DNA from: Sphingobacteriia bacterium
Lineage (GTDB): Bacteria > Bacteroidota > Bacteroidia > J057 > RFSG01
Length of the DNA: 64,000 nucleotides
Assembly (NCBI GenBank): GCA_009924095.1
Contig: RFSG01000001.1
Coordinates: 14,823-78,822, forward strand
Direction: 5' to 3'
Shown here: positions 29,990 to 40,000 of the stretch, piece after piece
Layout of the letters: the number at the start of each line of letters is the position of its first letter
Position numbering within the stretch: the first letter of the stretch is position 1
Made by a program: the position numbers and the translations under genes
Notes under the pieces: model-generated
What the model saw: the letters and a program-made list of their open reading frames with translations, nothing else
Database searches by the model: none
What the model was told of the DNA's origin: nothing

Positions 29990-30862
29990 TTAGGATTGTG
30001 GGTAATCATAAAAACCTTTACCATTTTTTCTTCCATAACTTCCTGCATCTACCTTTTTTTGTTGAACACGACTAGGTCGAAATCTGGGCTCCTGAAAAAA
30101 TGCATCATACAAAGATTTTGTGACCTCATGGTTGGTTTCTATGCCGATTAAATCCATCAGACGAAAAGGGCCCATTTTAAATCCGGTAGCCTCCATTAAT
30201 ATATCTATATCATTATAGGAAGAGACATTTTCTTCTGCCAATCTAAGGGCTTCTAAGTAATAATGACGAGCCACACGGTTTACAATAAATCCCGGTTCAT
30301 CTTTTACGTGAACAGGAGTCTTTCCCATTTTTTCTGCAATCTCAAATACCGTTTGGGATACGTAGGGGTCTGTTAATTCTCCCGCAATAATCTCCACCAA
30401 CTTCATTAAGGGAGCTGGATTAAAAAAATGCATGCCGACAATATTTTGGGGTCTCGTTGCCTCCTTTGCCATTCGGGTAATAGGTAAAGTCGAGGTATTC
30501 GAAGCGATTATGGTGGATTCGTTATTTTGAAGTTCAAGTTTCTGAATTAATTGTTTTTTCAATTCTAAATTCTCCAGAATTGCTTCAATGATCAAATCTG
30601 CGGTAAGGTCATTAAACTCAGTAGAAAAAGATATTCGATTTAGAATTATTGCTTTTTCTTCTTCTGTTAATTTGCCCTTTTGAATAGAAGCATCCAAAAA
30701 CCGAATCATTTGAGTTTTTGCTTTTTCTAACGCGCTTGATTGCAAGTCATATAAAACAACTGTAAAGCCCGCTGTTGCAGCAACCTGCGCTATTCCGCTG
30801 CCCATTACTCCTGCACCAATTACCCCGATTTTCTTAACTTCCTTTGAATTTTTGATTTCCAT
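29990..30862 (-). CDS. hbd: 3-hydroxybutyryl/3-hydroxyacyl-CoA dehydrogenase
   Basis: 290 aa. IGVIGAGVMGSGIAQV, SNTSTLPIT, HFFNPAPLMKLVEI. Confidence 0.9.
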   Translation of the reverse strand: MEIKNSKEVKKIGVIGAGVMGSGIAQVAATAGFTVVLYDLQSSALEKAKTQMIRFLDASIQKGKLTEEEKAIILNRISFSTEFNDLTADLIIEAILENLELKKQLIQKLELQNNESTIIASNTSTLPITRMAKEATRPQNIVGMHFFNPAPLMKLVEIIAGELTDPYVSQTVFEIAEKMGKTPVHVKDEPGFIVNRVARHYYLEALRLAEENVSSYNDIDILMEATGFKMGPFRLMDLIGIETNHEVTKSLYDAFFQEPRFRPSRVQQKKVDAGSYGRKNGKGFYDYPQS

Positions 30863-30872
30863 AATACAAATA

Positions 30873-30880
30873 CAAACATA
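30873..30880 (-). promoter_or_regulatory. Bacteroidota -7 promoter box (TATGTTTG)
   Basis: Exact TAnnTTTG on the minus strand, 10 nt upstream of the hbd ATG. Confidence 0.4.
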
Positions 30881-30949
30881 TAGAATGATATTGAAAATTT
30901 GACCTAAATTCTAAATAAGTGAAAAACAAAACTGAGAGGGTTTTATATG

Positions 30950-30957
30950 TAATTTTG
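30950..30957 (+). promoter_or_regulatory. Bacteroidota -7 promoter box (TAATTTTG)
   Basis: Exact TAnnTTTG 48 nt upstream of the ATG at 31006. Confidence 0.35.
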
Positions 30958-31005
30958 AAGTAGGGTTGATTATAGACCTCAAAAAACTATTTAATAGAAA
31001 AGATT

Positions 31006-32454
31006 ATGGGTTGTGGATCTTGCAGCACTGGAAATGGTTGCAGTACAGGGGGATGTAAGTCAGGTGGATGTGCTACTGGTGGATGTAATAAACTAAACAC
31101 CTTTGATTGGTTTGGAAATATGCTATCCCCTGATGTTGCCAAACAGGATGCTATTCATGAAGTTCGATTTAAAGCCACGCACAAAGGTTTTTACAGAAAT
31201 ATAAATGGTCTGGATTTAGTTACTGGGGATATCATTACAGTAGAATCAGAAAGAGGGTTTGATGTAGGTACAATAAGCCTGAGTGGGGAATTGGTTCGTT
31301 TGCAGATGAAACGAAAAAAAGTAGATGCTCAAAAAGTTCTTAAGATTTATAGGCTTGCAACCCCTGACGATCTTGAAAAACTAAAAACAGCTCGAAGCAG
31401 AGAAATGGCGGTTTTACTCAAGACCCGGGAGATTATTGAAAAGTTGAAAGTTGAAATGAAACTCAGCGAGGTAGAAATTCAGGGCGATAATACTAAAGCT
31501 ACTTTTTATTATACTGCTGATAATAGAGTAGATTTTAGGGAGCTTATCAAGGTGATGGCGGATGAGTTTCGGTTACGTATTGAAATGAAACAAATTGGTT
31601 TACGACAAGAAGCCGGTTTGATAGGTGGAATTGGTTCTTGTGGCCGGGAGTTATGTTGTTCTACTTGGTTATCTGATTTTAAAAATGTTTCAACCGGGGC
31701 TGCTCGTTATCAAAACTTGTCCTTAAACCCGATGAAAATATCTGGACAATGCGGCAGATTAAAATGTTGCTTAAATTATGAATTAGAGACCTACATGGAT
31801 GCTTTAAAAGGTATCCCAGATGTTCAATCCATTGAAACTGAAATGGGAATTGCAAGGCTTCAAAAAACCGATATCTTTAAAAAGAAAATGTGGTTTAGCT
31901 ATGCTGATTCTACCGATTGGCATGGAGTAGAAGTCAAAAGGGTGATTGAGCTTCTATCCTTAATTAAAAAAGGTATTAAACCGACCAATCTGTTTTCTAA
32001 TGAAGAATTAAAAGCAATGGCAGATGAAAAAATAAGGGAAAAAGCATTTGACTTTGTGGATGTTGTGGGTCAATCCAAGATAAACGAAAGACCCCTTAAT
32101 CCACAAAAAAATAAAAATCGTAAACCAGGATTTAATAAAAACAATAGCGGCACAATTCCAGAGAAGGGATTCACAAACCAAAATAAACCTAATCCTATCA
32201 GAAAAGACAATATTCAAGATCGTCGGAGTAACGATAATTCAAATAATCCTGCCGTTGCTCAGGGAAATAAAGCTATAAATCCTCAAAATAAATCCCCTAG
32301 ACCCGGAAACGTAAATCCAAATCGACCTAAACCTTTTCAAAACAAAAATCAAAACAATTCTCAAAGGTTTACGAATAACAAAAACAACCCATCTGGTCCT
32401 AAGCCCGATGGGCCAAAACCCGACAAACCGAGTTCAGGAGAAGTAAATCCATAG
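31006..32454 (+). CDS. PSP1-domain protein (RicT/YaaT-like) with a long low-complexity C-terminal tail
   Basis: Cys/Gly-rich N-terminus MGCGSCSTGNGCSTGGCKSGGCATGGC. PSP1 core with GSCGRELCCSTWL and GQCGRLKCCLNYE. The last ~130 aa are rich in N, P, K and Q. Confidence 0.85.
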   Translation: MGCGSCSTGNGCSTGGCKSGGCATGGCNKLNTFDWFGNMLSPDVAKQDAIHEVRFKATHKGFYRNINGLDLVTGDIITVESERGFDVGTISLSGELVRLQMKRKKVDAQKVLKIYRLATPDDLEKLKTARSREMAVLLKTREIIEKLKVEMKLSEVEIQGDNTKATFYYTADNRVDFRELIKVMADEFRLRIEMKQIGLRQEAGLIGGIGSCGRELCCSTWLSDFKNVSTGAARYQNLSLNPMKISGQCGRLKCCLNYELETYMDALKGIPDVQSIETEMGIARLQKTDIFKKKMWFSYADSTDWHGVEVKRVIELLSLIKKGIKPTNLFSNEELKAMADEKIREKAFDFVDVVGQSKINERPLNPQKNKNRKPGFNKNNSGTIPEKGFTNQNKPNPIRKDNIQDRRSNDNSNNPAVAQGNKAINPQNKSPRPGNVNPNRPKPFQNKNQNNSQRFTNNKNNPSGPKPDGPKPDKPSSGEVNP

Positions 32455-32456
32455 GG

Positions 32457-32927
32457 ATGAAAATAAATCCTTTGATATTTCTCCTTATGCTTTGGGGGAT
32501 TTCCTGTTCTAATGAATCCTTTGAAGAATCTATAAGTTTAAAAAATCATACTTGGGTTTGGACTGATACCCTTAAGGCAGAACCTATCCTTGAAGATACT
32601 TCAAGTTACTTTCATTCCTGGATAGAAGTGTCATTAGATGAAAAATATCCTTATTCTAATTTTTTTTTAAAGGAGGTTATTATTTCCCCGGGAGATACTC
32701 CCCATTTTCGAATATTAGAATTTCCGGTTTCAAATCCTGATGGTTCATGGCTTTCTAAAAAACATAGCGGAAATACTTACCATTTTAAATGGCAGGTATT
32801 AAATCTATTTAAAATTAATAAACCTGGAAAATGGAAAATGTATTATATCCAATATTGCCGAAAGGATACACTTGAAGGTATTTCGAACTTTACTTGGAAA
32901 TTACAGGCAACTTCTACTCCCAAATAG
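32457..32927 (+). CDS. gldH: Gliding motility lipoprotein GldH
   Basis: 156 aa with lipobox LWGISC. KYPYSNFFL, NPDGSWL and LEGIS motifs as in GldH. It sits directly downstream of the PSP1 gene. Confidence 0.75.
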   Translation: MKINPLIFLLMLWGISCSNESFEESISLKNHTWVWTDTLKAEPILEDTSSYFHSWIEVSLDEKYPYSNFFLKEVIISPGDTPHFRILEFPVSNPDGSWLSKKHSGNTYHFKWQVLNLFKINKPGKWKMYYIQYCRKDTLEGISNFTWKLQATSTPK

Positions 32928-34251
32928 CGAGTGTTTTTTCCAGTTGCATTCCTCTCGAGCCTTTAATCAAAAACACATCACAACCAGAAAACCATTTTTT
33001 TATTTCATCTGAATCTTGTAATAATTCAATATAAGATGGATACCATTTTTTATCCGTAATTCCACAAAAATTAAATGCCTTCTTCATTTCTTCACCGCAG
33101 CAAATTAATTTAATATTTGTATTGACCGGTATATTTGCTAGTAAAGATTTATGTGCTTCTTCTGAGTATTCCCCTAATTCATACATATCTCCAAGAATAA
33201 ATCCTGCACCTAAATATTCATGTTCTAATATTTGCTGAATTGCAAGTTTCATGGAGGTTGGATTAGCATTATAAGCATCTAATAATACTTTTTGATTACT
33301 AAAAGAATACCATTGACTTCTATTAAATCCCGGTTGAAATTTAGAAATAGCTGTTTGCATTTTTTCTGCAAGAATATTAAAATAAAGACCAATTATTATT
33401 GCAAGTTTTAAATTCTCTAAATTATAAGAACCGCTTAATGAAAAATGAAAATTATATTCTTCAGAGGTAGAAAACAATTTCCAATTTAAAGATGAACCTG
33501 TTAAATCTTTTGAAACAAATCTAAGATTAAAAGTTTCACTAATACTATTATAAATATTGTTACTGTTTTTTCTAATTAACTCTTTTACATATTCCATTTC
33601 AGGATTACAACAAAATACCTTATTCGTTGAAGTGAGCCAATCAATTAATTCATAATGCGAGAGCGCAATATTCTCGATTGAACCATAGCCTTCTAAATGA
33701 TCCATACCAATGCTCGTAATTACTCCAGCATCTGGCTCAGCAATTTCACATAAAGTTGTTATTTCTTTTAAATGATTAGCCCCCATTTCAATTATTGCAA
33801 ATTGATGTGTTGGGGATATACCCAAAATAGACAAGGGAACACCAATGTGATTATTAAGATTTCCCGGGCTTGCCCAGGTGGCATAGTGCGAGGACAAAAC
33901 ACATTTTAATAACTCTTTGGTTGTGGTTTTTCCATTGGATCCAACTACTGCAATGATTTTGACCCCAGTTTTTTGTCTCCACAATTTTGCTAATTGTTGT
34001 AAGGATTGTAAACTATCCTCTACTCGTAAATATCTGCTATCTGAAGGAATATAATAATCAGGATTATCAACTACCACAAATGATGCGCCTTTAGTCAGGG
34101 CTTCTGCGGCAAACTTATTACCATCAAAATGTTCCCCTTTTAATGCCCAAAATATTCCATCAATTTTTGCGGGGCGACTATCTGTGGTAAGCTTACGGTC
34201 GTTTTCCAGCCATATATTCAACAGGGATTCTGTATCTGTAATCATTATCAT
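32914..34251 (-). CDS. murF: UDP-N-acetylmuramoyl-tripeptide--D-alanyl-D-alanine ligase
   Basis: 445 aa. VVGSNGKTTTKELL and DAYNANPTSM motifs. Its 3' end overlaps the gldH 3' end by 14 nt (convergent). Confidence 0.9.
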   Translation of the reverse strand: MIMITDTESLLNIWLENDRKLTTDSRPAKIDGIFWALKGEHFDGNKFAAEALTKGASFVVVDNPDYYIPSDSRYLRVEDSLQSLQQLAKLWRQKTGVKIIAVVGSNGKTTTKELLKCVLSSHYATWASPGNLNNHIGVPLSILGISPTHQFAIIEMGANHLKEITTLCEIAEPDAGVITSIGMDHLEGYGSIENIALSHYELIDWLTSTNKVFCCNPEMEYVKELIRKNSNNIYNSISETFNLRFVSKDLTGSSLNWKLFSTSEEYNFHFSLSGSYNLENLKLAIIIGLYFNILAEKMQTAISKFQPGFNRSQWYSFSNQKVLLDAYNANPTSMKLAIQQILEHEYLGAGFILGDMYELGEYSEEAHKSLLANIPVNTNIKLICCGEEMKKAFNFCGITDKKWYPSYIELLQDSDEIKKWFSGCDVFLIKGSRGMQLEKTLAIWE

Positions 34252-34341
34252 CCAAAATAAGTTAACGCTAGGTAGAAAACTTCAAAGGTAGGATAGGAAA
34301 GAATAAAAGGTAAAATCTTTTAATAACTAAAGATTCGAAGC

Positions 34342-34368
34342 AAAAAAAAGACCGATGAATAATCGGTC
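34342..34368 (-). terminator. Rho-independent terminator of gldJ
   Basis: GACCGAT-gaata-ATCGGTC hairpin followed, on the minus strand, by T8. Confidence 0.6.
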
Positions 34369-34390
34369 TTTAAAACAATAAAATTATTTA

Positions 34391-35614
34391 TTAATGCTGT
34401 GAACCTAGTCTTGTCATTACGCATCTAAATCCAACAGTATTTGAAGATGTGTCAGCATGCATGAATCTTCTGGATCCAGCTGTGAGGAAATAAGCCACAT
34501 CAGCCCATGAACCTCCTCTATATACTTTAATATTATCATCCTCTTCCGCACCAGCTCTACGTCCTGGATCAGGATTGTGTAATAAGGAGATATCTTTTTG
34601 ATAACCTGTGTCATCTAATAAACGATCTATTCTAACTTTCGTCTTACCAAAACGTCTTACCGGATTAAGATCATCTACATCTTCAAACGATAGCATACGA
34701 TAGGTATCTTCACACCATTCAGCAACGTTACCTGCCATGTTATATAAACCAAAGTCATTAGGATAAAATGCTTTTACAGGAGCAGTATAAGTAGCGCCGT
34801 CCGTCAAATGGCGATATAATTTTCCAGAACTTCCTCCGGCCCAACCTTGATAATCTCCTCTTCCTCTTTTGAAGTTGGCTTTAAAATCTCCGTATGGTGT
34901 TCTTAAAGATTTTCCTTCCCAAGTATAATTTTCTTGTTCCAATAATCCTCTTGCTCCATATTCCCATTCTGATTCAGTTGGGAGTCTATATCTTGGCCAT
35001 AAAATAGCTTCTGGATCCTTTTCAAGCAGTTTGTTATTCACCCTTGCGGTACGCCATTGGCAAAACACATTCGCTTTGTGCCAAGTAATTCCTACAACAG
35101 GGTAGGTGTTAAAAGCAATATGTGAAAAATAATATTCATGCATCGGGTCATTGTAAGTGAAATCCCGCAACCAAATACTTGTGTCAGGATACAATGTGTT
35201 GTACATAAACTCACCGGAATCTTGTAATATATAATATAAGAATTCTTTATAATCAAGGTTAGAAACTTCTGTTTCATCCATATAAAAACTAGAAACAGAC
35301 ACTTGACGTTTACGATTGTCAAAACTGTATTCTATGTCTTTTTCTCCTCCGCCCATGAAGAAGGTACCACCAACAATGAATACTAACCCTGGAGCGGTCG
35401 ACATTCCTTCAAATTCTTTTACTCGAAAGCCTTCTTCTCCTTCTTTAAAGGCATACTTCTCTCCTGTTTTAGAACTGGATTTTCCTGGAAAATTTATGTC
35501 TTCACCTCCACATCCAATTATGAAAATGGAAATCAGCAAAATGACTATGGGGAGTCTGAAATAAGAACTTCTCATAAAACGGGGGCTGAAATGATTATTG
35601 AAGGGATATTGCAT
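34391..35614 (-). CDS. gldJ: Gliding motility lipoprotein GldJ (FGE-sulfatase/SUMF1-fold, short form)
   Basis: Lipobox IIGCGG. APGLVFIVGGTFFMG...SFYMDETEVSN...NMAGNVAEWCED...RGGSW match the GldJ/FGE fold. Its position beside murF and porU-porV matches the Flavobacterium synteny. Confidence 0.8.
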   Translation of the reverse strand: MQYPFNNHFSPRFMRSSYFRLPIVILLISIFIIGCGGEDINFPGKSSSKTGEKYAFKEGEEGFRVKEFEGMSTAPGLVFIVGGTFFMGGGEKDIEYSFDNRKRQVSVSSFYMDETEVSNLDYKEFLYYILQDSGEFMYNTLYPDTSIWLRDFTYNDPMHEYYFSHIAFNTYPVVGITWHKANVFCQWRTARVNNKLLEKDPEAILWPRYRLPTESEWEYGARGLLEQENYTWEGKSLRTPYGDFKANFKRGRGDYQGWAGGSSGKLYRHLTDGATYTAPVKAFYPNDFGLYNMAGNVAEWCEDTYRMLSFEDVDDLNPVRRFGKTKVRIDRLLDDTGYQKDISLLHNPDPGRRAGAEEDDNIKVYRGGSWADVAYFLTAGSRRFMHADTSSNTVGFRCVMTRLGSQH

Positions 35615-35623
35615 AACAAATCA

Positions 35624-36730
35624 TCAGAATCGAGGACAAGGCATCTTGCGATGTTTGAATTTTGATTTTTTAAATTGTTCGAACTCTAAAACCAAAGCTA
35701 TTTCATGAGATCCACCAGAAATTCTGTTGGATAAGCTAGATAAGGTATAGTCATAAGAATATCCAAAACTCAGGATACCTTTTTTAAATCCAACTAAAGC
35801 AATTAACGCATCTGAACCCCAATTCTTATCTGGAGTTTTTTGGTCGCCTCTGGTTCCTAAATCCCATTTTTGATTGGACCCTCGATAGTACACCCCAAAC
35901 ACCATGGGCTCAGCTGTAAAATAGGCTCCTAAATCTAACTGATCGAATGTTCCTTGTTGCTTAAAAATAAAAACAGGCGTAACTATATACTGACCTCTAT
36001 CATGAACGGGTCCAATTGGAATATTTACCCCTCCTGTAAAAGACAACTTCATGGGTAGTTTAGGATTGGTATCCACTGTTTTTCCTGTTGAGGTTGTGAT
36101 GGTTTTTAATTGGGCCGGGGAGAAACGTTGAGCTGGTTGGGTAATGTGGCCAGCAGTAATTCCAAAATACATAATATCATTATAGTATAAGATACCACCA
36201 TTTATATCTGGAAGGGTACGGCTTTGCGCAAATTGGGTTTCCTGGGTTTGAAAAGTAACCCCGTTCACAGGATCCAATTGGTCTGGAAAACGTAGTTTAT
36301 AATAATCTATGGTTGCTTGTTGTATCCCGCCTGAAAGCCCTAAACGTATATAATGTTGAAATTTTTTCCATGACTTATTTAAAGGCATGCTATAAGCATA
36401 ATTAAAAAGCACATCGAGTTTGGTTAAACTACCTTCTCCTGCAATGTCAGACATGGTAGAAAGTCCAAAGCCGTGGGAGGATTTTCCTAAATAAAAAGGT
36501 TGATCGTAGGTAAAATAAAATGTTCTAAATGCTCCTGGAATTGACGCCCATTGACGACGATAGCCAGTTGCAATTCTTGGACCCACCGATGCCCCAGTAA
36601 AACCTGGATTTAAGGCGACAGGATTAGCGTAATATTGACTGAATTGAGGATCTTGTGCCTTAACACTAGAAATCAAAAAAGTCATTATGACTCCAAAAAA
36701 TAATAGCGTGGTATGAAACCCCTTAGTCAT
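35624..36730 (-). CDS. PorP/SprF-family type IX secretion system membrane protein
   Basis: AQDPQFSQYYANPVALNPGFTG N-terminal signature with beta-barrel character. It lies 9 nt upstream of gldJ. Confidence 0.85.
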   Translation of the reverse strand: MTKGFHTTLLFFGVIMTFLISSVKAQDPQFSQYYANPVALNPGFTGASVGPRIATGYRRQWASIPGAFRTFYFTYDQPFYLGKSSHGFGLSTMSDIAGEGSLTKLDVLFNYAYSMPLNKSWKKFQHYIRLGLSGGIQQATIDYYKLRFPDQLDPVNGVTFQTQETQFAQSRTLPDINGGILYYNDIMYFGITAGHITQPAQRFSPAQLKTITTSTGKTVDTNPKLPMKLSFTGGVNIPIGPVHDRGQYIVTPVFIFKQQGTFDQLDLGAYFTAEPMVFGVYYRGSNQKWDLGTRGDQKTPDKNWGSDALIALVGFKKGILSFGYSYDYTLSSLSNRISGGSHEIALVLEFEQFKKSKFKHRKMPCPRF

Positions 36731-37031
36731 TTACCAGGTTATTCTTTAACTAGTGCAAGTTTAACAGGAATATAAACTTATGCACATTTTACAACTTTCG
36801 CAAATTTCTAACATGATTTATTTTTAAAATTAAGCGGCTAGTTGAAAAAATGAACGTGCAAGGATACAAAAAAATTATGTTACTACCAATGCAATTTTTT
36901 GAAAGTAAACTCATTTATATCTGAATACCACTTCTTTGTTTAATTGTTTGCATTTTCTATTTACCTGAAATTGAGGCGTTTTTTATGTCAAGGAACATTT
37001 GTTTGTATCTTTATCGTAAATCTTTAGAATT

Positions 37032-40000
37032 GTGTTTTCATCCTTAGATATCCACAAACATTTCCTTAAATCTTTTTATTTAAAGGGATTGTTCTTTTTA
37101 GTTTTCTGCCTTAATGTAGGACAGACTTCTGCTCAACAATATAATTCAGGTTCTTTATCTCCCGAAAATGCAACAATTAAAAGGGCAGAGAATAATCCAA
37201 AACTAGATCTCTTATCTTCCAAATTGATGGTTCAGGGTAATTCCGTTTCTTTTTCGCCTGTTTATGGTGAAAATCAACCTTGTTTCATCAGTCCTTTAAA
37301 TAGCGTTGGTCAAGGGCCTTGGTTTGAAGGTGCTCAATGGGATGATCAAATTGGAAATTTACCCTTTAAGGAATTTAGAATTGAAGTGGGGGAAAATGAA
37401 AGACTTGAAATACTCAATATCGAAGTCCAAAACAGTAGGTTAGAATCCTCTAATTTGTTTTCGCATGTTTCGTCAATATTGGGAACCAACTATACTCCCA
37501 ACGAATTTCCAAGTCAATCCGTTGTATTAAAAGGTTTGATTACCGTTAAAAAACAACATTGGCAAATTATTAGAATCTATCCGATACAAGTCAATGCCCA
37601 AGGCAATACTTTAAAAATCTCTCAAAAAATCAGTTTCACTTATAAAATAGTTTCTAATCCTACAAAGGCTATCCCATCTGCTTCATTTAAAACATCTGCC
37701 GTTTCATCCCTATCCACTGGAGATTGGTATAAAGTTTCATTAGTAGAAGAAGGTATGTATCAACTTTCTGGACAAGCCTTAATTAATGCAGGAATTTCAA
37801 TCGAAACGATTAACCCCAACAACCTTAAAATATTTACCGGTCATCCTTCGATGCTTCCCCAATCGAATGAAGCTACTAGGATTGATGATATAGTAGAGTT
37901 GCCTATTCAAGTAGTAGGAGATAATGATGGTCAATTTAATGTGGAGGATTATATGGTTTTTTATGCTCCTGGCCCACATGAAATAAAATTTGACTCCTCC
38001 CTTAATCGACTTACCCATCTATACAATGTGTATAGTGATTCGGCATATGTATTTTTAAACTTTGAGGGTTCTCCTGGGAAAAGAGTACTTAATCAAGCCT
38101 CATTATCTCCTAATTATGATCCCGGAGCTTTTATTCGACAACTATATTTTCATGAAGACAAAGTCAATTTAATTTCTTCTGGCAGGCAATGGTTTGGGGA
38201 AAGTTTTGATGTTAACCCTTCTCAAATCCTTTCCTTTCCGATCGAAAACCCGCATCCAGATTCATTAATTAAGTTATCCATTCAAGTTGCAGCCCGTGCT
38301 GCTCAAGCAACAGCATTCAGTGTTTATATACAAGGCGTTTTTATTGGCAGCATTGCTATGAACGGAGTTGTTTTAGAATCTAACACTGGAAATTATGCTG
38401 ATCTGCGATCCCAAACTTTTTTGGTTTCTCCATCTTTGGCTGTTAATGGAAGTTTACCTGTTCAACTGGTATATAACAGACCCTCAGCAACCCAAGGTTC
38501 CAATGGGTGGATTGATTTTGCTGAGGTTCAATATGCCCAACTAAAAATTAGAAGTCGGGATCAAACCATTTTTCACCTTCCCTATCAAGCGGGACCAGGA
38601 AAAATATTTGATCTATCTTTAGGAAACATGTCATCTCAGCAGTTGGTTTGGGAGGTTTCTGACTTACAAAACATAAAAAACATACCATTCACATTGTCTG
38701 GAAGTACCGCTATTTTGGGTATCAATATGGCCCAGACCGGAAAAATTGCAGTTTTTACCAATGCTCAAAATGTTTTGCTAAGGCCCCTCTCTATTAGAAA
38801 AATAAACAATCAAAACCTGCATGGTCTTCCTCAAGCTAATTATTTGTTGGTTACCTCAGAAGAGTTGCTTTCTCAAGCACAACAATTGGCTGATTTCCAC
38901 AGGTCTGTTATGAATTACTCAGTTAATTTGGTTACAACAGGGCAGATTTATAATGAGTTTTCTGGAGGAAAGCAAGATGTAAGTGCAATACGAGACTTTG
39001 TTAGAATGTTTTATAAACGAGCGGGTACAGATACTACTCAAATGCCCAATTTCCTTTGTCTTTTAGGTGATGGGTCTTTTGATTACAAGAGGCGTTTTTC
39101 AAGTTCAGAGATTAACCCAGTTCCGCCATATGAAAGTCGCAACTCACTTTCCCAAACCAGTTCTTTTGTAAGTGATGATTTTTTTGGGTTTTTAGATGAT
39201 ACTGAAGGCTTATGGGGTGAAGGTACAAATGCTGACCCTAATGATCCTTTTCAAACTCATGGATTAGATTTAGGGATTGGGAGATTACCTGCAAAAACCC
39301 CTGGAGAGGCACAAGTATTAATCAATAAAATCAAGCAATACGCCATAGGTACGCCTTTAGGCACATGGAAAAACTCCCTAGTGCTGGTTGCTGATTATAA
39401 AGCAGATGAAGGCTCCATACATGTTTCTCAATCTGACTCCTATTCTCCTTTAATCCAATCTCAATATCCCGCACTTAATATTGATAAGGTGTTTTTGGAT
39501 TATTATAAAGGGATTAATTCAGCTGAAGGATTTATAAGATTTCCAGAAGCAAAAGACGCTTTACTAAGAGCATTAGATAAGGGAAGCTTAGTGGTAAACT
39601 ACACTGGACATGGAGGAGAAACAGGGTGGTCTAATTCCAGAATTCTAGAAGTACCAGACATACAAGCAATCAACAACGAAGGGCGCCTTCCATTATATCT
39701 TACCGCTACGTGTGAATTTGGTCGTTGGGATGAGGTAGACTTAACTTCCGGGGCAGAACTGCTATTATTAAAAGAAAACGCCGGATCGATTGCTATGTTA
39801 ACTACCGTTAGGTTAGTTTATTCAGGACCGAATCAATTGTTAAATCAGAATTTTTATAAATACGTTTTCGGGAAAAACACTTCTACTGGAAACCCTTATA
39901 GTTTTGGAGATATTTATCGGTTAACGAAAAATGATAGCTGGGGGGGAGGTATAAATACCAGAAGCTTTTCTTTATTGGGAGATCCAGGAATTGCACTTGC

